Part shown: positions 23,549 through 41,358 of the stretch, piece after piece | How the letters are laid out: each line of letters begins with the position of its first letter | Numbering within the stretch: the first letter of the stretch is position 1 | NCBI GenBank assembly: GCA_020137815.1 | Contig: CM035361.1 | Span: 2,604,001 to 2,668,000 of the forward strand | DNA length: 64,000 nucleotides | Direction: 5' to 3' | Origin: Hormiphora californensis | Taxonomy: Eukaryota > Animalia > Ctenophora | The notes under the pieces: generated by a model | Seen by the model: only the letters and a program-made list of their open reading frames with translations | Database searches by the model: none | What the model was told of the DNA's origin: nothing | Made by a program: the position numbers and the translations under genes

Positions 23549-24885
23549 CTCTCGCTGTTGTCATAATAATATTATAATAATAATATTATTAATATGTCAA
23601 TGGGAGCCAGCCAGGATCGGATCTTGTCCTTATACATTGTGTATATTGATTTTATCCTTTTCTTTCTATCTTTCTCTTCCCCCCTCTCTCTTTCTCTCTC
23701 TCTCCCTTACTTCTATCGTTTTACAACACCTGCTAGGGTGCAGTCCCGACCCACATTACCGTACGTAGCTCGTAAAATTTAGGCTCTTTCTGAAAAAAGA
23801 GAGTGGTCGGGACGGCCCTGGCAGGTTCACCCCGCGCTGGCCAAGCGCTGTATAAGGTTGTGCCGTCGGAACTAATGCCATCCCAAACTATGTTGTCTAG
23901 CTGTACAACCACGCTGCTCTCTCGTGCGACTCTTGATTGAAGAGCAACCATCAATGTTGATATTCAATTAGCAGTCTATACTCATGTGACGGAGAGAGCA
24001 GGGCTGTGCAGTGTTCGTGTCGAAAAGACAGAGGGCAAGATGGGGCGCGGTGAATTCATGTTTTGTAAGGCAGCCCTTGAGATACAGAAACAGAGGTTAA
24101 CTCCTTGCAAAACTATGGATGCGGAGAAGATAAGAAAAAAAAAAATAAAAAAAATTGGGCTGTGTCGAAGGTGTGCATGTATTAACTGATTAGTTGATCT
24201 ACCGAACCCTGATTACAGCGCGATGACGGTGTGTATCAAATGCTTAGCGGTGGGGTCAGCCGGTATATCATCTAGGACAAAATTTTGTCAGGGGTGTCTT
24301 ACCATGTGGGTTGAGGGAAGGGTTGTTGAAAGTTTGCAGCATTAACATTTGGGATGTAGGGCGTGCTGACAGACCTCCTCCCGCTGTCAATTGCACTGGT
24401 CGTCAACTGGGTTGGAACTGTCTTACTGCTGCTGGCGGGGGTCGTTACTGAAAGTACGGAAATTAATAAGACAGGAAAATTGATTATGATATTGCTGTTA
24501 TAGGTTCCTATCCGACTGGTAAGAATTAGAGATAGATTGGATTCGCGGACAATATATACTTGTTTGTTTGTCATCTCCATCCCCCGAATATCGAATGCTA
24601 GTATGTACTATCATGTTCTTTCCCAGTTTCCAGTAACATAATATTACAAATTCAAGTTAGTAAATTCTTTCAAAAAAGCCGACAATTCCTTTTATCCTAC
24701 TACCCAGCAGAGCTTTGCTTGTTCTCAACAAATAATATATCTAATTTAAGCTCTTTCAACTCTCTCTATCTCTCTCTCACTCTCTCTCTCTCTCTCCTCT
24801 CTCCTCTCTCCTCTCTCACTCTCTCTCCTCCTCTCTCTCCCTCTCTCTCCGCTCTCTCTCTCATACTCATCTCTCGTCTCTCCTC

Positions 24886-24943
<58 letters not shown>

Positions 24944-26513
24944 GTTTTGTTTGGCGGCCGCCCTGTGAACCGACAAAGGGGGCGCTGTTAGTTGTGTTTG
25001 AGAACACACACTAAGAAGATGTTGTAACAAGAACAATTTATATAAATTATATTCCACAATTTTTTGGATCCACATGCTCCGATAAAGTTATCAATTTCAA
25101 CGACCCCGACGAGAAAGGAGGTGTAATTGGTGTGTTCATGGTAATTTATTGCAAGTTATTGACATAGGGCTGCATATAAACAAACGCCAGCTCTTAGTGA
25201 GTTCTTCTGCACATCAATTCTACAGAATTTCTTCAGATTCAAATGTGCTTTATCGCATCTCACAGTTTATTCTATAATGCTGTACTTACTTGGGTTTGAG
25301 GAGGGAGAATAGTAAGGGTGAGAGTTGTGTTTCGATACTTGGTAGCTTCTGTTCTTCAGAAATTCTAAAAATAGAAGTGTGTTAGAAATAGGAAAAAGGT
25401 GAACTGCACATTCGATGGAAAAGGTAACTTAGAAAAGGTAACTAGAACTAGAGATAATTGATGAGATTCCAGCCCTAAATCATCAAGGACACGATATATG
25501 TAGAAGTTTTTAGGACCTTTCCCCCCGTTTCTCGCCGAGGTTATATTATAGGTCACCTTTGCGCTTGCCAGCGCAGTGATTGATGTTGGTTCACTCACGT
25601 TCATGTTTTATCCTGTTGGCAACCTCAATCACGACCGGAGAGATTCCAGCACTTTCCTTTATTTGTGATAGATACTGAAAAATAGTGGATGGAATTTAAA
25701 TTAGGTAGTAGGTACTGAAACAGTTGAATGGTTCATACTTTCATTTTATTCGGAGCACAGACAGGCGACTCAATGAAACAGTGGTGGATTAGGTACTGAA
25801 ACTTTGGGAGAATATATTGATTATTTTAAAGTCTATCTATCTATAAACTCAGATAAACCATCGTGTGAAATCTAACTCCCTGAGTGATATATGAATTTTC
25901 ATTTTGGAGAAAGGTCATATTATATTGAGTGGAGAGAGAGATAGATAAATGTGAATTAAAGTGACCTGAAAGCTTCTCTGTAGCTCACACCTTGTGTCTA
26001 ACTCTTTCAAACACCCCTTTAAACGGGGGGGGGGGGGGTGTTTTTAAAAGCTAATGCACATTAATGGATCAATTTTGAAGATCTAAACATTAAGCTATGT
26101 TTTGGGCCACGTGGCAACGTCTAAAATGCACACGTTTCAGGCACCCTCCCCCAATGATAATTGAAAAACAGGCCGTCAATCATGTATCACGAATCGAGAG
26201 TAAAGAAAGGGGGCTTTGGGAAAGGGTCATTACGAGATCAGAAACCGCACTCTCCAAACCGGGGGTGATTACAGTCATGCAGTATGACCAGGGCTGTGGT
26301 AGGGGATCATGAGGCAACAGACAATTATTAATTGGAATTGAGATGATAACAATTAACACTCACATCCAATGCAGCTATAAGTGGCGGCTTGTCGGCAGCT
26401 CTGACAAGCGCGTTCTTTATATCCAATAGAGCATCAGTGTGGGAATCCAATTCTCCCTCGTGCTTGAATTCCTTAATCTCATCCTGGGCACCACATTCCT
26501 CTTCGACTGCCAT
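17995..26513 (-). CDS. TCF: TCF/LEF (pangolin) transcription factor with beta-catenin-binding domain, HMG box, basic tail and C-clamp
   Basis: Ten phase-compatible exons. 26364-26513 [13 protein letters not shown]...LLDIKNALV; linker exons ~25600, ~24300, ~22500, ~22180; ~21642-21714 [19 protein letters not shown]; ~21303-21437 [24 protein letters not shown]...LHMQ; ~20140-20221 [23 protein letters not shown]; ~18345-18417 [20 protein letters not shown]; ~18148-17995 RKKKCVRY. C-terminal end uncertain. Confidence 0.96.
19294..19384. mobile_element. pogo/Tigger-like short MITE; relatives at ~11248-11325, ~20265-21295 (split by piggyBac), ~49620-49715
   Basis: CAGT...(A/G)CTG-TA ends with repeated CCCGATTTACCGGG / CCCGGTAAATCGGG subterminal motifs. 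Confidence 0.6.
19753..19941. repeat. 19-bp minisatellite, ~10 copies
   Basis: Unit ATGTGGGTCAGATTACAAT. Confidence 0.95.
20350..21231. mobile_element. Non-autonomous piggyBac-type element in a TCF intron
   Basis: TTAA|CCCTTTGG.GACGA...TCGTCCCCAAAGGG|TTAA; internal repeats of GACGATTGGGTCACAGGTGACCCA. Confidence 0.85.
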
Positions 26514-28949
26514 ATTGTGGAACTAGATCAGGAAGGGTTATTAGGGATTCAGGGTCTAGATATAGAGACTTCATTCTTCAAGAAAGGGTTATTACTATTA
26601 GGGATTTTGGTCTAGATAGAGATATCAAGAAAGGGAGTGGGTTATCAGAGAAAAGGTTCAGGGTCTACTAGAAAAGGTCTAGAATCTACAAAAGGGACAT
26701 AACCCAGACCATATCAAGGCATTTGCATTTGGGACTGTGTATCAAAGCTCTGCACTAGTGTGAGCTACCTGTTATTGCTGATGACAGCGAGACCTATAAT
26801 AACTCAGGTAACTGCTCAATTCTAGGGGGTTAGACCGCACCCTAATTCTGAAACTGGAATAGAAGTAGGGTTGCTATTAGTACATTCACACCTCATTGAA
26901 AGTGTGTGTGTTTGTCGACTGTACTCGGAACTCTCTATCTATCTCTACCTCTCTCCCCAGTTCGAATCCCCACTCAGCTCCCAAGTTCCAAACTCTCAAA
27001 TCTTGCTAAATGCTAATTGAACTACCAAAACGTTAATTTATGCCAAAGTGCATCAATCATCAAATAGTTAAACTACAAACAAAGCATGACATTGACACCC
27101 CAGCTAGCTCTGCTGCAGCTCGAGATGTTTTCTAAAAATTCAAGCATTGACACCCCAGAAGCCAGAGCTCTGTTTTCTAAAAGTTCTACAAAATTCAAGT
27201 GTTACTGACACTGCACCTTCTGTGCCTAAAAAAGTACAAAGGGAAAAATAATGTGGCTCTACGAGAAATTACGATACGCGAAAAGTTGTATTCTGCAATT
27301 CTTCCAGGTCATATTTATGTAATGACTTGGCAACTTTCGTGGTGGGACAGGGGTTGCCTTGGTAATGAAATTACCCCTCTGTTATTATTGCTCATGGAGG
27401 TATGGAATAAAAGGGGTGACTTCGTAACCAAGGGGTTGCCGTGGTGATATTTGGAGATACATTTGTCACCATGCGGAACCCCCACACTTTGCTGGGTCGA
27501 TACTCGCAAGTGGGCGATAAAAATGTTTAATTACTTCAACTAACAGACGATTGGATGACGCATTTTGGGACTTGGAACTGTTTACAAGCACGCTCTACTA
27601 CCAGCAGTAGCTGCATTCTGGCCTCTACACTCCCATTATCACATTAAATATACACATCAAATATATCAACAAGTGAGGTGAAATGACAAGTGGTAATTCA
27701 AAGCGAGAGAGAGAGAAGCGTGTGTGTAATTTGAGACCAGCTTAAGATCATGGCGCTGACAAGAGTAACTGGGTGCTCAGGGGAGGCACAGAACACTAAC
27801 AGTATTTGGTCCAGGATACCTCCTCTCTTTTCCAATTGCTCCGAGCAATGCTCGACCAGCTCTCTCAGGAGCATAACAACTCCTGATATCTATAGATATG
27901 AATTTGAAACTGAAAGTATAATATATCTGTTTCAGAATCTAAATTTAAGGGGCTCATGATAGTCACCCATCTTCCCTCTCTGCCGGCGGTGACTTCAAAG
28001 GGCCTCACCTGCAGTAACCAACAACAATTCATCTCTATCTTTCTCTATCTTTCTCTATCTTTATTTCTATTTCTTCCTGTGATTGAGTGTCCAGCGGCGC
28101 TTTCTTTCAGGAAGATGTGAGAGAGAGGGGGATTAGAGAGGAGAATGAGAGATTATCCGGAGTATAATGGCATCCCTCCTTCTCCTCCTATCTTCTCCCC
28201 TCTCTATCTCGAATTTCCCCTCCTCTCGATGTCCCTCCGCGGCGCGTTTATCTGAGTTTTTTTCTGGGAAAAACTTCTCTCTAGGAGTCGAGCCCTCTAG
28301 AGATAATTGTGAGCTTATACCGTGGGGATGTGAGATTAGAGAGGAATTATTGCCGAGTCATCGACTGAGAATTGCAGATGAGAGAAATTGTGTATGACTG
28401 AGAATGGATATTTCGTGAAAGTAGACTATATATATTAGTTATGATTCATTCGATTATTATGTAACCTACAATGCCGAGGAAAACTCGCATTAATAATATG
28501 ATTACTTGAACGGGGTAAACTTTGCCAAAGCTGATTCCCAACACAAGTCACAACCAACAAAGAAGAGTTTTACAGAAAAATTGGGCCAGAACGACTTGAA
28601 AATGTCAAGAGATAATGTGAACGACACATTCCCAAAACGCAGTACCGAGAAGGACTGAAAAGAAATCAGAGGGCTGGAGCTTAGCAACAAGCGGGTGAAA
28701 AGAGAACAGCTGTACCACGTTCAGATACAACACTCGATACGACTGCAGCAAGTACAAGTACAGTTTGTAGTACTGCAAAACAAAGTACATTCCTGACTCT
28801 TGAGAGAGTATAATAGAATCGTGTAGAAATAGGTCATCTGTCTCTCTCACATCAAGTACACACCAAATCAAGAGAGGGGGAGGGATAGAGAGCACACACT
28901 CCTGGACTAGAAGAGAAAAAACGAACCTGACACACACACACACTCTCTC

Positions 28950-29130
28950 AAAGATCAAAGAGCGCCGCCTTGCGTACCACGTGACTTCTCAAGGGGTATC
29001 ACGTGGGCTAGTAGCGCACGGGTTCTTATTGGACGCGCGCAATGGTAGCACGTGCACGTCACGTGGTTTTCTACACCACAACGTAATTGGTGATGATTCT
29101 CTGTAGAGAGCGGTATCCTCTTTGATCTCT
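28950..29130 (-). promoter_or_regulatory. Probable TCF core promoter: several CACGTG E-boxes and two CCAAT boxes, flanked by TCF sites
   Basis: CpG-rich patch with four CACGTG and two ATTGG; AGATCAAAG at 28952 and CTTTGATCT at 29120; upstream of the TCF ATG. Confidence 0.55.
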
Positions 29131-29507
29131 CTATCTCTCTGACTATACTCTATATTCTCTCTTGACTCTATTTTTTCTCTCTCTCTATCTCTCATCTCAC
29201 TCTCTCTCTCTTCTATCTCTCTCTCTTCTCATCATCTGTATCTCTCTCCCTCTCCCTCGCTCTTCTCCTATTACTTTCTCACTGTATCTCTCTCTCTCAC
29301 TGTCACTCTCTCACACTTTCTCACTCAATCTCTCTCTCACACTTTCTCCCTCACTCTCTCTCCCTCACTCTCCTTCCCTCTATCTCCCTCTCTCCCTCTC
29401 CCTCCCTATCACACAGACAGACACGCTTAGCGTTCCCCACACCCAAACAAACACCAACTTCCTCTTCCATCAAATACAGTATGCTCTACAATTGGGCTGC
29501 TCAGCTG

Positions 29508-29740
29508 AGCTCAGAAAACCACGTGACTCAATTGGACTGCTCAGAAAACTAAACCACGTGACTCAATTGGACTGCTCAGAAAACTAAACCACGTGACTCA
29601 ATTGGACTGCTCAGAAAACTAAACCACGTGACTCAATTGGACTGCTCAGAAAACTAAACCACGTGACTCAATTGAACTGCTCAGAAAACTGAACCAATTG
29701 GACTTCTCAGATTCAGATAAAAACACCAAACCACGTGACT
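29508..29740. repeat. 35-bp minisatellite, ~5 copies, each with CACGTG and ATTGG
   Basis: Unit AAACCACGTGACTCAATTGGACTGCTCAGAAAACT. Confidence 0.95.
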
Positions 29741-30573
29741 GTCCAAATATGATCACCCGTTTGGTTTGATTCGATCACTTGCATAGCTAGACTGTGTTTT
29801 ACAAATGTAAAGGAGGGTTAGAACATAACAATTAACAATCGATCACGATCACGTGGTTGGACGTGTAACTCACTACCCCCCCAAACTGAAACAACCCAAT
29901 TTCGAGTACAAATTGGGTTGTGTAATAAGTAGTGCTTGCCTAGCTCGGCTCCCTTTTCAGAAGCTCCAAAACCTTTGCAACCTTGTTTTGGAGCTTCTGA
30001 AGAGGGAGTCGCGTCGAGCTAGGCACAACCTTGGGCACGTCGCTGCAAAGACACAACCGGTTGTGCAGCAGTAACAATACACCTATCACTCTACAAAGTA
30101 CAAGTAGTGAACGGCACATCCATCAGAGATCGGTGAGAAACGACTCCTTTCCTTCCCCCTCCCCTCTTTCTCGGACCATCTGACCAAATAGTGATGGGGA
30201 GACAGAGAGGTTCTCTTCCCATCATAATTTGGTTTCTTTGATTGCACCAGTAAGTGGTGATCAAAGAAACCAAATTTGTGATTCTCGCACCTAAAAACAC
30301 CCCCATGTGACCACTAAAAAGACGGTCACGTGACCACTACACTGATTACGTGACCATTAGACCAACCACGTGACCACTACACTGATCACGTGACCCCTAT
30401 AGTTTCCTCGTTACCCCACGTGTCAAATAAATTCACTTTGATCCTCTCCATTTTGGTAAGTGTATAATGCAGTGAAAAACAAAGAAATTTGGGGGGTTGG
30501 TAGAAATGTAATGAGTGATATACTTAACAGCAATTTTGAGGTGCAGCAGTTCTATCTCTCTCTATCTCTCTAA

Positions 30574-30685
30574 CAGGAACGGACCGAAACAAGTAAAAAA
30601 AAACCAATCAGAACTCGTTATTTAGGTCACGTGACTGGTTATCAGCCAATCAGGGACCAGTGTTTCCTGATTCGGTCGGTTCCTG
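30574..30685 (+). mobile_element. hAT-type MITE, copy 2
   Basis: Same element; 8-bp TSD CTCTCTAA. Confidence 0.9.
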
Positions 30686-30926
30686 CTCTCTAATTTTCAC
30701 TACTTTCACTCTCAGTATTATAAATCGATTCAATATTCCGCCATCTAAAACCGACCCTATCTCACCGTATAAAATAAAAAAGGGTTTCAACTAACATATA
30801 TAACAGCTAACTAGACCGATATTTAATAAATAAGATCAAAAGAGATGACTGGGGAGCAAACAAAATTCAAACGTTTTCGTATCGGGCCAGTTGATAAAGA
30901 GCCCTTTGGTAGATAGATAGATAGAT

Positions 30927-30983
<57 letters not shown>

Positions 30984-31060
30984 GAAAGTGCAATAGGTGA
31001 TTGGAGCGGCATCCTTTCTGATCTCAGATCGGTTAACCTTTGTGGAAAGGAGGAGGAAAG

Positions 31061-31108
<48 letters not shown>

Positions 31109-31711
31109 TACAAAAACGTACCCGCATTTCGGCTCACACTTAAGATAGGCACAACAAAAACTACAAAATCACAACACACACACAAACAAACTATAAATAT
31201 AACTGAACACGACAAAAAACATAATTAGTTGCTGTCTGGCGCCGCCAAACCCCGTTTTGATTATCAAAGATCTTGCGACATTGCGCTCAGATCGGGTCGG
31301 GGCGCCGCCAGACACGTATTATTTGCTGACTCGCTGACTCAAAAAAAGAAGACACATCACGATAAGACTCTAAGAACAAAGCCGGACTATAAAGCTGTGA
31401 ATTACCCAGAAGATGAGGTAAATCCACAGCTGCATTCACTTTACTAATTGCTACTAATTAAATATTTATTCTAGTTGATTAAACTACTTTAAGAACTCTA
31501 TAAAATTAATGTAATGGGGGAGGGGGTGTAACTCAAAAACTGTTCATGATCGAGAGGGTATAGGATAGAAAACAAAGCTCTCCACTTCAAAATCATCGTC
31601 ATCATCATTGATACAATGCTCGCATCCAAAAAAGATAACCGGTATATTTTCCACACGCTCCCCACAACGTTAGAACACATCACAAGTGTTTACTGGGCCT
31701 TGTCTTTGGAT

Positions 31712-36996
<5,285 letters not shown>

Positions 36997-37529
36997 TGCC
37001 CCTAGAGACGATTAGGGGTGTTATAGTTTGGAATGGGCTGCGTTGTTTGTGCCAATTGAAAGAAAAGGATGGTATTCCAGATAGATCATAGTTTGCACCC
37101 AGAAGAAGAAAAAGAGTAACTTATAGAGTTGAAACAAAAGAATAGCACACGGTTTTCTGTGGTAACGTTTGACTTATATAAATCTCAACAACAACAAAAT
37201 GATCAGACAAACAGAAGTACAAAAAAAAGAAAACTTAAAATTGATAAAACCGATTCACAAAAAATCACACCCGACGCAAACGGTCTGTACCTGACAGCAA
37301 CCAGTATTGTACTAGAAATGCCGAAAGGCGAAAGTTGAATAATAATCCTGACCTACTTAATGCTTATTGCTTACACATGCATTATAATGCAATACATGTT
37401 TCAGTGCAGTGATCTTTATCCACACAAAATATATGAAACTCTAGTTAGAAGAAAGCTGTGTTTTTAGGATACATCTCCTTCTATGCCAACTTTCTTACAA
37501 TTTACAATACTGTCCAATTTTGTTCTTTA

Positions 37530-37720
37530 TTACGTTGCAAATTTCCAGTATAGCACTGCTCCCAAGATTCCCACTTCAAGGACAATTATTGCGATAAGTG
37601 CCACCCGATTTGTTACTGCCCTTCTCCCCATGTTTAGGAGAGTTCGTCGTGATGTGTTGAGGGTGTTATCCGTGTCATCCAGGACATCCCGTGTTCGGGT
37701 TAACTTCTCTCTTTGGTTAC
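37530..37720 (-). CDS. VTI1: Second copy of the Vti1 terminal (SNARE-end + TM) exon, protein-identical to 39863-40053
   Basis: Intact acceptor, same length, same stop, 10 synonymous differences. Part of a duplication ~37041-37908 vs ~39402-40254. Confidence 0.8.
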
Positions 37721-38241
37721 CTGACAGGATGTGTTAGGATTTACAATGGGGTGTACAAAATACTAGATTGATAAACATTCAATATTGTATCTCCGTGCAA
37801 GAGTACAAAATTACACTGTAAACTCTGTAATGTCGAAAACGTGTAAATATCACAACTCTGTACTGTGAAAAAGTACAAATATCACACCCTACCTAACTCT
37901 GTATTGATAATCATACTACTTACTATTCAAATTGTCAGTGCTACATCACCTAGCAACTACACCTGCACGTGCAATTATTAGAGCAACTTAGAAACCTCAC
38001 TTCCAGTTGCAGTTTTGGGTACTAAGAGGAAATTCAATTCTGCACGTGCATTCTTTTACTTTTGTCCTGATGTCTAACTCTTCAACCCCAAGCGCTATTC
38101 GGCAACGGTCATCTGGGTCCGGAAGATCTGCTGCTGTCAGGGAGCAGGCTAGAGAATTACGCCAACGTGTTCAAGCGAGCCAATCAACGACTACTGATAG
38201 CTTTGCCTTTACCCAACGTCGCCCAAGGGCGATTACTCCAA

Positions 38242-39182
38242 TTAGTAGAGGCAATAATTACAGTCACCTCCTCTGATTTCTATGAAACTTCTCCCATGCT
38301 AAGAGGTGGCAATAGAGGTTCAAATACCGCAGAGTTTAAGTCTGAACAATGTTCGGTTCGTTAATTATCGCTAATTGAAAAACGCAAAAATGGCCTAAAA
38401 TCGCCCTAAGTTCCGAATTGAAATTTTGGAGTTGAGACTCCAGACTTCGTAGAGATGTCCGCTAGGATGACAATATGCCCCAAAATCGGACGGAAGCCTA
38501 AATTCGTCCGAATTCGGTACGAAAAGCCGGGTAGACTGATTTTTGGTCACGTGACATGGGTCCAAAATCAGTTTTTTGCCATTTACGCCTTTCCTGTACG
38601 TCGGAGACAAAAAATATGGCCAATACTTGTCATTTCCATCGCTTTCTGCATCTTTTAAGCCCCCTATAAACATCCCTTACTTCAACGGTTCAGAAGTTAG
38701 AGTTTTTCAGGAGACTAAATGACGTCACTTCTGAACCGTTGGAGTAAGGGATGTTTATAGGGGGCTTAAAAGATGCAGAAAGCGATGGAAATGGCAAGTA
38801 TTGGCCATATTTTTTGTCTCCGACGTACAGGAAAGGCGTAAATGGCAAAAAACTGATTTTGGACCCATGTCACGTGACCAAAAATCAGTCTACCCGGCTT
38901 TTCGTACCGAATTCGGACGAATTTAGGCTTCCGTCCGATTTTGGTGCATATTGTCATCCTAGTGGACATCTCTACGAAGTCTGGAGTCTCAACTCCAAAA
39001 TTTCAATTCGGAACTTAGGGCGATTTTAGGCCATTTTTGCGTTTTTCAATTAGCGATAATTAACGAACCGAACATTGTTCAGACTTAAACTCTGCGGTAT
39101 TTGAACCTCTATTGCCACCTCTTAGCATGGGAGAAGTTTCATAGAAATCAGAGGAGGTGACTGTAATTATTGCCTCTACTAA
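38242..39182. mobile_element. Foldback element: 456-bp near-perfect inverted arms with a 29-bp spacer
   Basis: 38242-38697 is the reverse complement of 38727-39182 (mirror ORFs in the track); TSD readable as TA or AAT. Confidence 0.9.
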
Positions 39183-39862
39183 ATCGAATATAGAAATCTC
39201 TGAATGGCTACATAGCGGCCAAGTTTTCACGTGATAAGTTTCTGGAACAGCACTACACCTCCCTGACATTGATCTCTTAAATTCGCACCTTCACATTGTC
39301 AGGAAGCCCATAGCGTACAATAAAATGGGTAGTTTTAGGGGGGAAAGTGAAATAGGCGGACCGGATGGTGCGGGGATGTCAGCGTTCCCAATCCAGCTAA
39401 ACGTTGTTTGTGCAATGAAGGGGTCCAGAGTTTGCACCCAGAAGGCCCAGAAGAAGAAAAAGAGTAACTTATAGACTTGAAAACAAAAGAATAGCACACG
39501 GTTTTCTGTGGTAACGTTTGACTTATATAAATCTCAACAACAACAAAATGATCAGACAAACAGAAGTACAAAAAAAGAAAACTTAAAATTGATAAAACCG
39601 ATTCACAAAAAAATCACACCCGACGCAAACGGTCTGTACCTGACAGCAACCAGTATTGTACTAGAAATGCCGAAAGGCGAAAGTTGAATAATAACCCTGC
39701 TCAATGCTTACACATGCAATACATGTTTCAGTGATCTATATTCACACCCTGATATATAAAACTCTAGTCGGCTCTTGTTACAACAAAGCTGTGTTTTTAG
39801 AAAACATCTACTTCTATGCCAACTTTCTTACAATTTACAAAACTGTCCAATTTTGTTCTTTA

Positions 39863-41272
39863 TTACGTTGCAAATTTCCAGTATAGTACCGCTCCCAAGA
39901 TTCCCACTTCAAGGACAATTATGGCAATCAGCGCCACCCTATTTGTTACTGCCCTTCTCCCCATGTTTAGGAGAGTTCGTCGTGATGTGTTGAGGGTGTT
40001 ATCTGTGTCATCCAGCACGTCCCGTGTTCGGGTTAACTTCTCTCTTTGGTTACCTGACAAGATGTGTTTTGTGTTATGATACCGTTCGGATTTACAACTT
40101 GAATGGGGTGTACAAAATACTAGAATGATGAACATTCAAGATTGTATCTCCGTGCAAGAGTACACTGTAAACTCTGTAATCGGGAAAACGTGTAAATATT
40201 ACAACTCTGTACCTGTGAAAAAGTACAAATATCACACCCTACCTAACTCTGTATCACTGCGCTGGCAAGCGCAAAGGTGACCACCACCTCCCCCAGCCGC
40301 GCGTGCCAGAAAGCAGTAATAAGTTTTTTCAGTTTTTAGCCAAAAATGGCATTTTGCGAGGCCCATAGCGAGGCCCCCACTCAACCAATCGGTCTGGAAT
40401 TTGGTATACAGTGTCATGTAGACTAGATCTACTGGAGTTCAAAAGGGCAAGTCTCCATCTTTTTTAGTTTCATAGTTATGACATGGTGAAAAAAGCAATA
40501 AATGTCCGTGTCTATATATATATACATATATACATCCATAGACGCTTTTTTACACAATTTGCAGACAATTTTCTGGAAAAACTACAAGAGGTAGACACTT
40601 CTCGTTTGAATCATTCAAAAGATAATCGTTTGAATTGTGTTATTGGACGGTTTTCATGTTCTAGGTCCAACCAGAACGTCCTAAAAAACTGTCATAAAGT
40701 TAAGACATTTTCAAAATCAACCAAACTTCTTTGAGCTCAATTTACACCCTGAAGACGGCTTCTGATTGAAAAATGGAGACCACACTTATAAAAGATAATC
40801 GTCTAAACTTTCAGAAACTATATTGCGAATTTGTGAAACTCTATTTGCAAGGGTCTTAAATCGCGTCTGAAGTTTTAAAACTGTATAAAATAGATATGAC
40901 GATAGTGCGTTTTTCGCCATAGCGACCTCAAATTTTGTCCAATCGATCTCAAACTTGGTCAGCATCTTTATCTAGATAAGCCTGATAATAAGTTTTCACT
41001 AGCATGACGTTATAACTTCATGACGTCACGCTATGACGTCATAATGACGTCAAAATTGAAATTTTCGTACTTTATCGATTCCTGACGGTCTTTACAAGTT
41101 CTGCTACGTCCAGACATGTCTAACATCGTATTTCACATCAGAAAATACCAAAAATGAACCTAAATTATGCCAAAAACTAAAAGAAATTAGTTGGCTGGAA
41201 AGGTGACCACTTTTGTTGTCAAACTGACGCCTTTGCCCGGCCCGGGTTACGGAAAGAGAGAGAAAGAGAGAA

Positions 41273-41358
<86 letters not shown>

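Noticed and set aside
38395-39029. Twin 92-aa and 67-aa ORFs on opposite strands
   Set aside because: Mirror products of the foldback arms; no transposase similarity recognised.
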